IMG/VR virus record: IMGVR_UViG_3300025732_000004
Direction: 5' to 3' (one strand)
Length of the DNA: 46,576 bases
Source: a virus
Below, one piece after another: positions 39,235-46,136 of this stretch. The notes below the pieces were generated by a model. It searched no databases and had not been told where the DNA came from. It was given only the letters and a program-made list of their open reading frames with translations. The first letter of the stretch is position 1. Each line of letters starts with the position of its first letter. A program made the translations under genes and the position numbers.

Positions 39235-42200
39235 TGGACTGCAGAGTTGAGGACGTTGCCAAAGGTCGTAACGCCGCCGCCCGAATCGACGTTCACAGTG
39301 ACCGCCCACGTCTTCTCGGCGAGCTTGCCAACCTGCTTTGCCAAGACACTGTTGACGCCCAGCAGCTCTTTGTTAATAGCTGCAACGTCGGCTTGTGCGG
39401 TTGAGAGGTTATTCCTGCTTTCGTTCTCTTTTTGTACGGCAGTAATAAAGTCGTCAACCTTCTTGAAGCTTGCTACGGATGCGTCTGGGCCGGCAGCGCC
39501 AAAAAAGGGTTTGCCGTTGATAGTGCCGAACTGCTTCTTATCGCCGCGAGAGCCGGCAATAATGCTGCGTAGCTCATTGATCAGACTGTTATCAAGACTG
39601 AGCCCTTGTTCCTTTAGTATCTTGGATGCTATTGATATGGAACGTTCAAGATCCGGGCCAAGGCGTGCGGTGGCTGTATTTAGCCTGACCTGCCGTTGTT
39701 CTGGGCGCAAGAACCGATTAAGCCCCTCGTCAGGATTGGCTTGGATGCCTGATAGCTCAAGCCGTGCTTGCGTCAGGCGATTTGCTGCGCCGGTCACAAC
39801 GTCAGCGATTTGGCGGGCGCCATCAACCATTGCAGTCTTAAAAGCAATCGCAGCAGCTACAAGCTCCTTGCCAGCGGCAAGTTGTTCTGGGCGTGAAGCC
39901 TTTGGATCGTTCAGGAGATTAGAGTAGTTGGTAAAGGCTGCCTGCCTGTCCTTTCGTGCGGCGTCAATAGTGGCCCGGATGTTGTTGATTTCTTGAACTG
40001 GGGCGGGCTTTAGGCGCTCAACCTGCTGCCTTAAATAAGCTCTGCGCTCTTCTTGGTTGGCAAACAGGTCTTTCTTGGCTTGCTCGCGAATGCTGGCGGC
40101 CTTGCTGGGGTTATCTTTGATGGCAAGATCACGGTCGCGAATGATCTTTTGCTGTTGCAGGTAGAACAGCTGGAGCTTGTACCCCTGCGCGGTGGCTTGG
40201 GTGATCCTGTAGTCCAGTTGGCTGGCAGCAGCTCTCTCCTTTGCCAGAGCAACGGCGCGGGCCTCAAGGGCGTTGATCTCCTGCTGAGTTCGGCGCTGAC
40301 GGTCAGCGATGACCCCACGCTGCCGTGCTTCGTCTAGCGCAACCTTGTTGGCGGTTTCGACATCAGGGACAACCTTAAAAGCGGCTAGCGTATTACGTCT
40401 CAGCAGAATCTGAGCCGCGGCCTGTTGACCATACTGAGCTTTAACGTCATCAACAGTTGTACGAAAATCTCCCTCCCCTATGCGCTGATTAGCTCCGGGC
40501 CCTGTGGGTTTACCCCCTAAGGCGCGATTTAGCACTCCCAGCAAAGCCGCCATTGGTCCTGCTACTAGCTTTGCTGTGGTAACTCCCAGCTCCGAGTAGG
40601 TGCGGTTCAACTCGTCCTGAGCTGCGGCCAGATTATTGATTTCCTTGGTGCTGCCAAAACGCTTGACAAAGTCTATTTGGATCTGGAGCGCAGCCTCTGC
40701 TGTCTTTCCGTTATCAATAAGGTTCTGGATATTCTTCTCAACAGCACGCGACGACAGTAGAGCGGCTTCCTTAAGTGCCTGGAAGCTTTCTACTGGCTTG
40801 TTTAACGCGTCGCCAATGGTCTTCAGCTTGGCAAGGGCGGCATCAAACTGGGCGCCAACGGCGGTGCCGAGCAGCGACAGTCCAAAGCCAAAGTTTCCGC
40901 CCAGCTTGCCGCCGGTGAAGCCGCCCAAGCTACCGCCCAAGCTGGCGCCCAGACCTTGACCAAATAGCAGCGGGAATGCGCCACCAATCAGGGCGTCGCC
41001 CAGTGCAGCATTGGAACGCTGCGCACCCTGCAGCCGACGCTGCGCACCCTGCAGCCGACGCTGCCGCGCCAGATCCGCAGGTGAGCCTGGAATCACTTGT
41101 CCGTTAATCAGGCGTCCGCTGACGGGGATCGCTGGACCTCGTATCTGAGCTTGCGTTGCTTGCCGGGCAATGTCTGCTGGTGAGCCCGGTATCACGCGCC
41201 CGTTGATCAGGCGCCCAGAAACGGGTAGCGATGGGCCACCACGACGCTCAAGGTCGCGTTGAGCTTTGGCTTGCGCTTGTGTTGCGGCTAGCTTTTCTCT
41301 CGCAACGGTCAGCTGGTCACGGAGCTGTTGCGTGATCTGTTTGGCCGTGCCAAGTTCACCAGTCCTAAGTGCACTATCTAGATCTGCGTATAGCTTCTTG
41401 ATCTGCGTTACATCAGCGCCTTGGCGTTGAAGTTGTAGCCCTGCTGCGCCAATGCTCAACTGCGCCGATTGCAGCGAAGCTCTTGTCGCTAAGGAGCTAG
41501 CGGGGCCACCCTGCCCGGCGCGGCGTGCTTCTTGGCGACGCTGCTCCTCAAGAAACGCTGGTGAGCCAGGTAGATCCTTGCGACCACGAATGGGCTCGCT
41601 AGGCCCACCGACTCGGGCAGCGCGATCCGTCAGACGCTGCAGTTCGCGGGTGCGGCGGAGGCGCGCCTCGGTCAGCGTCACTTGCTGTCCAAGCTGAGCA
41701 GTGATCTGACGGGCGCTGCCAAACTGGCGCTCAGCTAATGCGGTATCAAGCTGCGCCAGCCGAATCTGGAGCGCCCCCACATTTGCGCCTTGCTGCTGCA
41801 GCCGCGCAATTCGCTGGTCAAGTGCGAATCGACGCTGCTGAGCACGCTCGTTTGCCAACAGTGACTCCGAAGCGCCGCCCTGACGCGCACCACGATCCAA
41901 GATCTGGCGGCGCAGACGCTCCCGGGCTTCTAGAAACGCCGGAGAGCCAGGGATGTTTCGGCTGCCGCGAATAGAGTCACGCGGACCTCCAGCAGTAGCC
42001 GATGCTCTGAGCTGGCGTTCTTCGCGACGGCGCTGCTCCGCAAGGAACCGCGGAGATCCGGGGAGGTCAAGCCGCCCTTGGATGGGCTCGCGGGGGCCTC
42101 CGAGCCGAGCTGTGCGCTCAACTGCACGCTGAACATCGCGCTCACGCCGAGCGCGTGCTTCCGTCAAAGTGACTTGCCGCTCCAGCTCACGGGACAGCTG

Positions 42201-42911
42201 GCGGGCAGTTCCGAACTGACGCTGCGCATAGGAGGTGGTCAGCTCGCCCAGCTGGCGCCGGAGCGACTGTGTTGCGACACCACGCTCCTCAAGCCGCTCA
42301 ATTCGCTGCGAAATCTTGAAGCGGCGATCCTGCGCTCGCTCCAACGCAAAGATTGACTCGCGGGCTCCCCCCATCGCAGCACCGACCGCTGCGTTCTGGC
42401 GCTGCACACGCTCCTGACGCCGGAGGGTAGCTAATCGGCGCTCCTCCAACGTGATCTGGCGGGCTAGCTCCTGCCCACGCTGCCGGAATGACCCAAACTG
42501 ACGGCGGGATTGCGCCTCGGTCAAAGCGCCCAGTTGGACGCGCAGACGGGCGACATTGGCGCCCTGCTCCTCCAGCGTGTCAATCCGCCGGGCCAGGCGG
42601 AACCGGCGCTCTTGCGCAATCTCTAGGGCGCGTACACCTTCACGCGCACCACCCTGTCGCGCTGCTCGGTCAATGCGCCGTTGCTCCTCTGCGTCTGCCC
42701 TACGGCGACGCCGATCCGCAGCTTCTTGTTGACGCTGCTGGCGGTTGATCTCGTTGGCAGCAGCGCTGGCAGAAGAACGGGTTTGGCCAGGACGCCCAGT
42801 GACGTCGCCCAGCTGCTGCTGAATTAGCTGACGCGCCTGCCGAAGGCTCTCCTCAAACGCACGGATGTCAACTGTTAGCCGTAGCTGAGCCTCGCCTAGG
42901 TTCTCCGCCAC
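39231..42911 (-). CDS. Tape measure protein (1226 aa)
   Basis: Very long, Arg/Gln/Ala/Leu-rich and coiled-coil-like, with modular repeats. It has a Gly-rich hydrophobic block GGAFPLLFGQGLGASLGGSLGGFTGGKLGGNFGFGLSLLG and lies upstream of the tail-tip genes. Confidence 0.85.
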   Translation of the reverse strand: MAENLGEAQLRLTVDIRAFEESLRQARQLIQQQLGDVTGRPGQTRSSASAAANEINRQQRQQEAADRRRRRADAEEQRRIDRAARQGGAREGVRALEIAQERRFRLARRIDTLEEQGANVARLRVQLGALTEAQSRRQFGSFRQRGQELARQITLEERRLATLRRQERVQRQNAAVGAAMGGARESIFALERAQDRRFKISQRIERLEERGVATQSLRRQLGELTTSYAQRQFGTARQLSRELERQVTLTEARARRERDVQRAVERTARLGGPREPIQGRLDLPGSPRFLAEQRRREERQLRASATAGGPRDSIRGSRNIPGSPAFLEARERLRRQILDRGARQGGASESLLANERAQQRRFALDQRIARLQQQGANVGALQIRLAQLDTALAERQFGSARQITAQLGQQVTLTEARLRRTRELQRLTDRAARVGGPSEPIRGRKDLPGSPAFLEEQRRQEARRAGQGGPASSLATRASLQSAQLSIGAAGLQLQRQGADVTQIKKLYADLDSALRTGELGTAKQITQQLRDQLTVAREKLAATQAQAKAQRDLERRGGPSLPVSGRLINGRVIPGSPADIARQATQAQIRGPAIPVSGRLINGQVIPGSPADLARQRRLQGAQRRLQGAQRSNAALGDALIGGAFPLLFGQGLGASLGGSLGGFTGGKLGGNFGFGLSLLGTAVGAQFDAALAKLKTIGDALNKPVESFQALKEAALLSSRAVEKNIQNLIDNGKTAEAALQIQIDFVKRFGSTKEINNLAAAQDELNRTYSELGVTTAKLVAGPMAALLGVLNRALGGKPTGPGANQRIGEGDFRTTVDDVKAQYGQQAAAQILLRRNTLAAFKVVPDVETANKVALDEARQRGVIADRQRRTQQEINALEARAVALAKERAAASQLDYRITQATAQGYKLQLFYLQQQKIIRDRDLAIKDNPSKAASIREQAKKDLFANQEERRAYLRQQVERLKPAPVQEINNIRATIDAARKDRQAAFTNYSNLLNDPKASRPEQLAAGKELVAAAIAFKTAMVDGARQIADVVTGAANRLTQARLELSGIQANPDEGLNRFLRPEQRQVRLNTATARLGPDLERSISIASKILKEQGLSLDNSLINELRSIIAGSRGDKKQFGTINGKPFFGAAGPDASVASFKKVDDFITAVQKENESRNNLSTAQADVAAINKELLGVNSVLAKQVGKLAEKTWAVTVNVDSGGGVTTFGNVLNSAVQ
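41017..41058 (-). repeat. Perfect 21-bp tandem duplication inside the tape measure (encodes RRLQGAQ twice)
   Basis: cgctgcgcaccctgcagccga occurs twice (41017-41037 and 41038-41058), followed by a partial third unit. Confidence 0.9.
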
Positions 42912-42934
42912 GTCTACCGGTTGGGGCCTGTATT

Positions 42935-42945
42935 GCGAGATTGCC
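42935..42945 (-). promoter_or_regulatory. Leader motif copy GGCAATCTCGC, 23 nt upstream of the tape-measure GTG
   Basis: Read on the minus strand; sits back-to-back with the plus-strand copy at 42947. Confidence 0.45.
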
Positions 42946-42946
42946 G

Positions 42947-42959
42947 CCGGAAACCTCGG
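42947..42959 (+). promoter_or_regulatory. Leader motif, exact CCGGAAACCTCGG, 2 nt upstream of ATG 42962
   Basis: Read directly. Confidence 0.55.
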
Positions 42960-42961
42960 TC

Positions 42962-43351
42962 ATGGCTTCCGCTCTCTCCGCTTTATCCAACGCCACCGCC
43001 ACTTTTCAGGTGGCGGGCACGGGCGTGGTCACTGACCCGGAAACAGGGAACGTGTCGCCCGCGGGAGCCACGGTCACAGTGGCGTTGTTCCTGAGCGCCG
43101 CACAGACGCGGGTGCTGCGGTACCCAGGAGTTGATACCACGGAGACCGTCTACGAAGGCTATGCCTTGGACGCGCTAGACCCTCGTATTGAGATCGGCGT
43201 TACAGGTGTCCTGACGTTTGCGGGGGAGCCGACGCTTGATTGCGAAGTGCGCTCTGTTCGTCTGCCTTACGGGAAGACGGGGCTGCTCGGCGAGACCCTC
43301 AACAGCGTGCTTGGCGAGAAGGTGCAGCTGGTGAGCAGAGGCCAAGCGTGA
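42962..43351 (+). CDS. Hypothetical head-tail joining-region protein (129 aa from ATG 42962; the track TTG start is 42941)
   Basis: ORF with good composition, in the opposite orientation to the surrounding structural genes. Confidence 0.55.
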   Translation: MASALSALSNATATFQVAGTGVVTDPETGNVSPAGATVTVALFLSAAQTRVLRYPGVDTTETVYEGYALDALDPRIEIGVTGVLTFAGEPTLDCEVRSVRLPYGKTGLLGETLNSVLGEKVQLVSRGQA

Positions 43352-43836
43352 CGGTCGCCATCAAGCAGTGGAACGCCGCAAGGTTGCTAGCGAAAGTTGC
43401 AACCACGCTTGAGAAGTCCGGTGCCGTCTACAGCGAGACGGCAGTGCTACAGATGTCCAACCCCATATGGGACTGGGACTGGGCGACGCTGCGCTATGAA
43501 AGCCTGTTGATGGGGGGTACGCGTGAGCCCGGTCGTCTTGGCGTAATCGTTGGTAAGGGGCCGCGGGACATCGTAGATACAGGGCGCCTGCTGGATTCGA
43601 TGACGAAACCACTCGTGATCCGAGAGCGAGGCAAAGCGTCTATGGTCATTGCGTGGACAGCTCCTTATGCCGAGCGGGTGCGGACCGGTGGGTATTACGG
43701 TTCCTACATCAACCCGCGTGGCCAAGAAGTCACTGTCGGCTACAGGCCGGGCCGCGATTGGATCGCCGCCACCTTCAAAGCCAGGCCGGCAGAGCGGGTG
43801 TTTGCCGACATCTGGCGCAGTTTCAAGGGCACATAA
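43348..43836 (+). CDS. HK97 gp10-like neck/tail-completion protein (162 aa; GTG 43348 overlaps the upstream stop)
   Basis: GPRDIVDTGRLLDSM resembles the P-x-D-T-G-x-L-x-x-S signature of the HK97 gp10 family. Confidence 0.5.
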   Translation: MTVAIKQWNAARLLAKVATTLEKSGAVYSETAVLQMSNPIWDWDWATLRYESLLMGGTREPGRLGVIVGKGPRDIVDTGRLLDSMTKPLVIRERGKASMVIAWTAPYAERVRTGGYYGSYINPRGQEVTVGYRPGRDWIAATFKARPAERVFADIWRSFKGT

Positions 43837-43839
43837 AAA

Positions 43840-43870
43840 GGCCAGCCCCCACGCTGGGAAGGGGCTAGCC
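43840..43870 (-). terminator. Terminator after the tail tube gene (bidirectional position)
   Basis: ggccagcccc (43840-43849) pairs with ggggctagcc (43861-43870) with one mismatch. The aaaaa at 43835-43839 becomes a U-run after the hairpin on the minus strand. Confidence 0.5.
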
Positions 43871-43898
43871 ATCAGAGTCCCGAGTCCCTTGGCTTAGA

Positions 43899-44375
43899 TC
43901 AGACGTTGGTCTCTGCGGTCCAAGTGTAGGCGCCGTAGCCGGTGAGAGTGAAGCTCACCTGGGCAATGTTGCCGGCTTGGATGTCCTCAGAGAAGTCGGT
44001 TACGAACGCAACGCCGGCGTGCTTCTCTGGGTTGCCGGTGGCGCTCATCTCGGGCGACTCGCGATACCACTCCACCGTCTTGGTGCTGGAGTTGAGTGCC
44101 GCGTCCTTCAGAATGGCGTAGCCGGCGTCATTCAGGTCCAGGTTCATCTGGCACGGAATGCTGTAGCTCTGCGATACCGGAATCTGGGCCTTGAAGCCCT
44201 GGGTCGAGCCGTAGTCCAGCACTTCCTGGGTGTCGGTGCTGCCTTGGATGCCGGCATTCACCAGCGACAGCACCTCGGTCATGCCGGTGCTAGTCGTTGG
44301 TGCGGTGCTGGAGGTGGTGCCAGCCTTCACGTAAAACTTATACCCCAGCGAGGCAAAAAAGGCGCCGGTGGCCAT
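43899..44375 (-). CDS. Major tail (tube) protein
   Basis: 158 aa with beta-rich composition, lying between the connector-region genes and the tape measure. It has a strong terminator downstream, as the capsid gene does. Confidence 0.55.
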   Translation of the reverse strand: MATGAFFASLGYKFYVKAGTTSSTAPTTSTGMTEVLSLVNAGIQGSTDTQEVLDYGSTQGFKAQIPVSQSYSIPCQMNLDLNDAGYAILKDAALNSSTKTVEWYRESPEMSATGNPEKHAGVAFVTDFSEDIQAGNIAQVSFTLTGYGAYTWTAETNV

Positions 44376-44390
44376 TGGTGGGTCGGGAAC

Positions 44391-44410
44391 GGGTTACCGC
44401 TAGGTTTCCC
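44391..44410 (-). promoter_or_regulatory. Leader motif copy GGGAAACCTAGCGGTAACCC, 15 nt upstream of the tail tube ATG
   Basis: Read on the minus strand, in the 36-nt gap. Confidence 0.55.
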
Positions 44411-44411
44411 T

Positions 44412-44966
44412 CTAGGCGCAGTCCTCGGCTTCCAAAACGTCCCATGGCGTGGGGCGGGGGCAGACGTAGAGGTCGAAGCCGCGCACGTCGTGGTCTGTGG
44501 GGCTGGTGGCCACTAGCGCCAACTTCACCTGCTCCTGCGTCACGCCCAGCTCTATGCACACCTCGGGCAGGGCGCGGCCACGCTCCAGCATCTTTCGCGC
44601 CAGCTGCCCGATCCGGCGTACAGCGCCTGGCGCCTTCACAGACCAGTTGCCGTCCCGGATGAAGTGCAGCACGTCGCCCTCGCTGAAGGCGGTGAGGAGC
44701 GTGGAGAAGCGGCCCTTGGCGGGGTCGAAGGCGCGGCAGCACTTCACAAACGCTTGGTCAATGCAGCTAAAGACGTCGCTGCTATCGACGAAGGGGTACT
44801 TGCGGCACAGCTTGCGGCCCAGCAGGCGCAACAGCCCTTGGTGTTCGCGGTACATCCGCGCCACATGGCGCTGCTCTTCCGGTGTCAGTGGCGTGGCTAA
44901 GTAACCGGTGCGGGGGCGTCGCCGGACCGGTTGAGCACTACCTGTAGTGGGGGTGCAGTTTGCCAT
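44412..44966 (-). CDS. Sigma-70 region 2/region 3-like protein lacking region 4 (184 aa)
   Basis: LLRLLGRKLCRKYPFVDSSDVFSCIDQAFVKCCRAFDPAKGRFSTLLTAFSEGDVLHFIRDGNWSVKAP...GRALPEVCIELGVTQEQV aligns with regions 2 and 3 of the 371-aa sigma in this window (LVVHCAKKY...[21 protein letters not shown]...IKRPS...GRTPTSAEIAKAAKVS). The protein ends before any region 4. Confidence 0.6.
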   Translation of the reverse strand: MANCTPTTGSAQPVRRRPRTGYLATPLTPEEQRHVARMYREHQGLLRLLGRKLCRKYPFVDSSDVFSCIDQAFVKCCRAFDPAKGRFSTLLTAFSEGDVLHFIRDGNWSVKAPGAVRRIGQLARKMLERGRALPEVCIELGVTQEQVKLALVATSPTDHDVRGFDLYVCPRPTPWDVLEAEDCA

Positions 44967-44997
44967 CCACTACCCATAGTAGCGGCTAGATGCGTAC

Positions 44998-45567
44998 CTA
45001 ACTGCGTTGGACTGCGCAGACGCCACCTAGCCCGCCGCGGGTCGTGCTGGTGCATAGGCAGCCCAAGATGGTGGCGAGGTGCGGCAGCACTGTCAGGGGC
45101 GTCACCGCCTCGGTCGTGGAGTTACCGACGTTGGTATTCCACTCAAGCTCCATGACGTCGAGCTTCAGGCGCTTCAGGTCGCGGTTGGGGATGCCGGGCA
45201 CCAGCGCGGTAGAGGCGTTGGCGCTCCGCAGCAGCGTCGGTGTCGTCAGCAGCGCATTGGCGAGGTCAAACGTCGCTAGCTCGATCTCGCGGGGGATCTC
45301 GTCGTCAGCGGGGGCCTTGTCGCCGCACTCGGCGTCGGTGCGGGGCCACGACAGCGCTTGTGTCGGAGTGGCGCGGTCGCCGATCCAGCTCAGCGTCTCT
45401 AGGCCGTTGGTGGCGGTGATCAGGGCGCGGGCTTTGTCGTCGCTGGTGGCGGTGCTCCACGCCAAGGTGCCCAACATGCCGTTGGCGATGCTGTCGGCAC
45501 CGGCGACGCTCAGGTAGCTGTTGGCGCTGGCGCTGCCGGCAGTCGCAACAATCGCAGGGGCGGGCAT
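44998..45567 (-). CDS. Head-tail connector/adaptor protein
   Basis: N-terminal ...ANSYLSVAGADSIA...W...DDKARALITATNGLE...LSWPR resembles gp6-like/DnaT_2-type head-tail adaptors. The position also fits. Confidence 0.5.
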   Translation of the reverse strand: MPAPAIVATAGSASANSYLSVAGADSIANGMLGTLAWSTATSDDKARALITATNGLETLSWIGDRATPTQALSWPRTDAECGDKAPADDEIPREIELATFDLANALLTTPTLLRSANASTALVPGIPNRDLKRLKLDVMELEWNTNVGNSTTEAVTPLTVLPHLATILGCLCTSTTRGGLGGVCAVQRS

Positions 45568-45582
45568 CGCTTTGCGTTATTC

Positions 45583-45595
45583 CCGAGGTTTCCGG
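45583..45595 (-). promoter_or_regulatory. Leader motif, exact CCGGAAACCTCGG, 15 nt upstream of the connector ATG
   Basis: Read on the minus strand. Confidence 0.55.
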
Positions 45596-45597
45596 TG

Positions 45598-45729
45598 TCA
45601 GCCGCGGCCCTGGCCGCGCCACTTCTTGCGGCCGTGGTTCGCCTTGCTGTGCTGGCCCTGGCCTTGGCGGGTGCGCTTTGGCTTGCCCGGCACATGCTCA
45701 GTGCGGGTGGCGGCTTTGGCTTTGGCCAT
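45598..45729 (-). CDS. Very basic small protein (43 aa, MAKAKAATRTEHVPGKPKRTRQGQGQHSKANHGRKKWRGQGRG)
   Basis: My translation, verified codon by codon. Third positions are G/C-rich and the leader motif lies 9 nt upstream. Not in the track. Confidence 0.45.
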   Translation of the reverse strand: MAKAKAATRTEHVPGKPKRTRQGQGQHSKANHGRKKWRGQGRG

Positions 45730-45738
45730 GGCGTTTCC

Positions 45739-45751
45739 CCGATCTTTCCGG
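45739..45751 (-). promoter_or_regulatory. Leader motif copy CCGGAAAGATCGG, 9 nt upstream of ATG 45729
   Basis: Read on the minus strand. Confidence 0.45.
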
Positions 45752-45757
45752 TGTCGG

Positions 45758-45769
45758 GGCAACTTCGGG
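45758..45769 (+). promoter_or_regulatory. Leader motif copy GGCAACTTCGGG, 19 nt upstream of ATG 45789
   Basis: Read directly; sits back-to-back with the copy at 45739-45751. Confidence 0.45.
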
Positions 45770-45788
45770 TAGTGCTTTTGCCGCTGTA

Positions 45789-46088
45789 ATGACTGAAAAC
45801 GCCCCCGAAATCAGCAACGAGCTGGTGTCAGAAGCACCTAAGCCGGTGCGTAAGAAAGCGGCGAAGGCGGCTCCTGCGGCTGAGGGTGGTGGGAAGCGCG
45901 ACTGGCAGAAGGTGGTGCCTGAGATCCGGCGTTTGCGCGATGAAGGGCGCAATGTGCCTGAGATCGCGGAGGAGCTGGAGTTGCCCTACGTGCTCGTCAA
46001 TCAGGTGATGCTCCAGAGCTACAAGATGACCGTCAACACCATTGAGCACTTTGAGCGGCACGAAGAGCGTCGCATTGCTGGGGAGTGA
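45789..46088 (+). CDS. Small HTH protein (99 aa from MTENAPEISNE)
   Basis: VVPEIRRLRDEGRNVPEIAEELELPYVLVNQVM resembles a sigma region 4 or resolvase-type HTH. The upstream part of the track ORF (from 45678) looks non-coding. Confidence 0.5.
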   Translation: MTENAPEISNELVSEAPKPVRKKAAKAAPAAEGGGKRDWQKVVPEIRRLRDEGRNVPEIAEELELPYVLVNQVMLQSYKMTVNTIEHFERHEERRIAGE

Positions 46089-46099
46089 GGCATAAAAAA

Positions 46100-46120
46100 G
46101 CCCCCGCTTGTGGCGGGGGC
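46100..46120 (-). terminator. Rho-independent terminator after the major capsid gene (between convergent genes)
   Basis: gcccccgc (46100-46107), loop ttgtg, gcgggggc (46113-46120). The aaaaaa at 46094-46099 gives a U-run on the minus strand. Confidence 0.7.
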
Positions 46121-46136
46121 CTGAGTGATTCGCAAC

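Noticed and set aside
38674-39927. A 417-aa plus-strand ORF overlapping the distal tail and tape-measure genes
   Set aside because: Low-complexity Ala/Gly/Arg/Ser sequence, antisense to the tape measure. Spurious.
43038-43049. CCGGAAACAGGG inside plus-strand gene 42962..43351, which resembles the leader motif
   Set aside because: It has three mismatches in the conserved 3' half and lies within coding sequence. It is probably coincidental, but it should be scored in a formal PWM scan.
44982-44993. A degenerate leader-motif-like sequence (minus strand GCATCTAGCCGC) upstream of the sigma-like gene
   Set aside because: Aligning it to the consensus needs a deletion and two mismatches, which is too weak to count as an instance.
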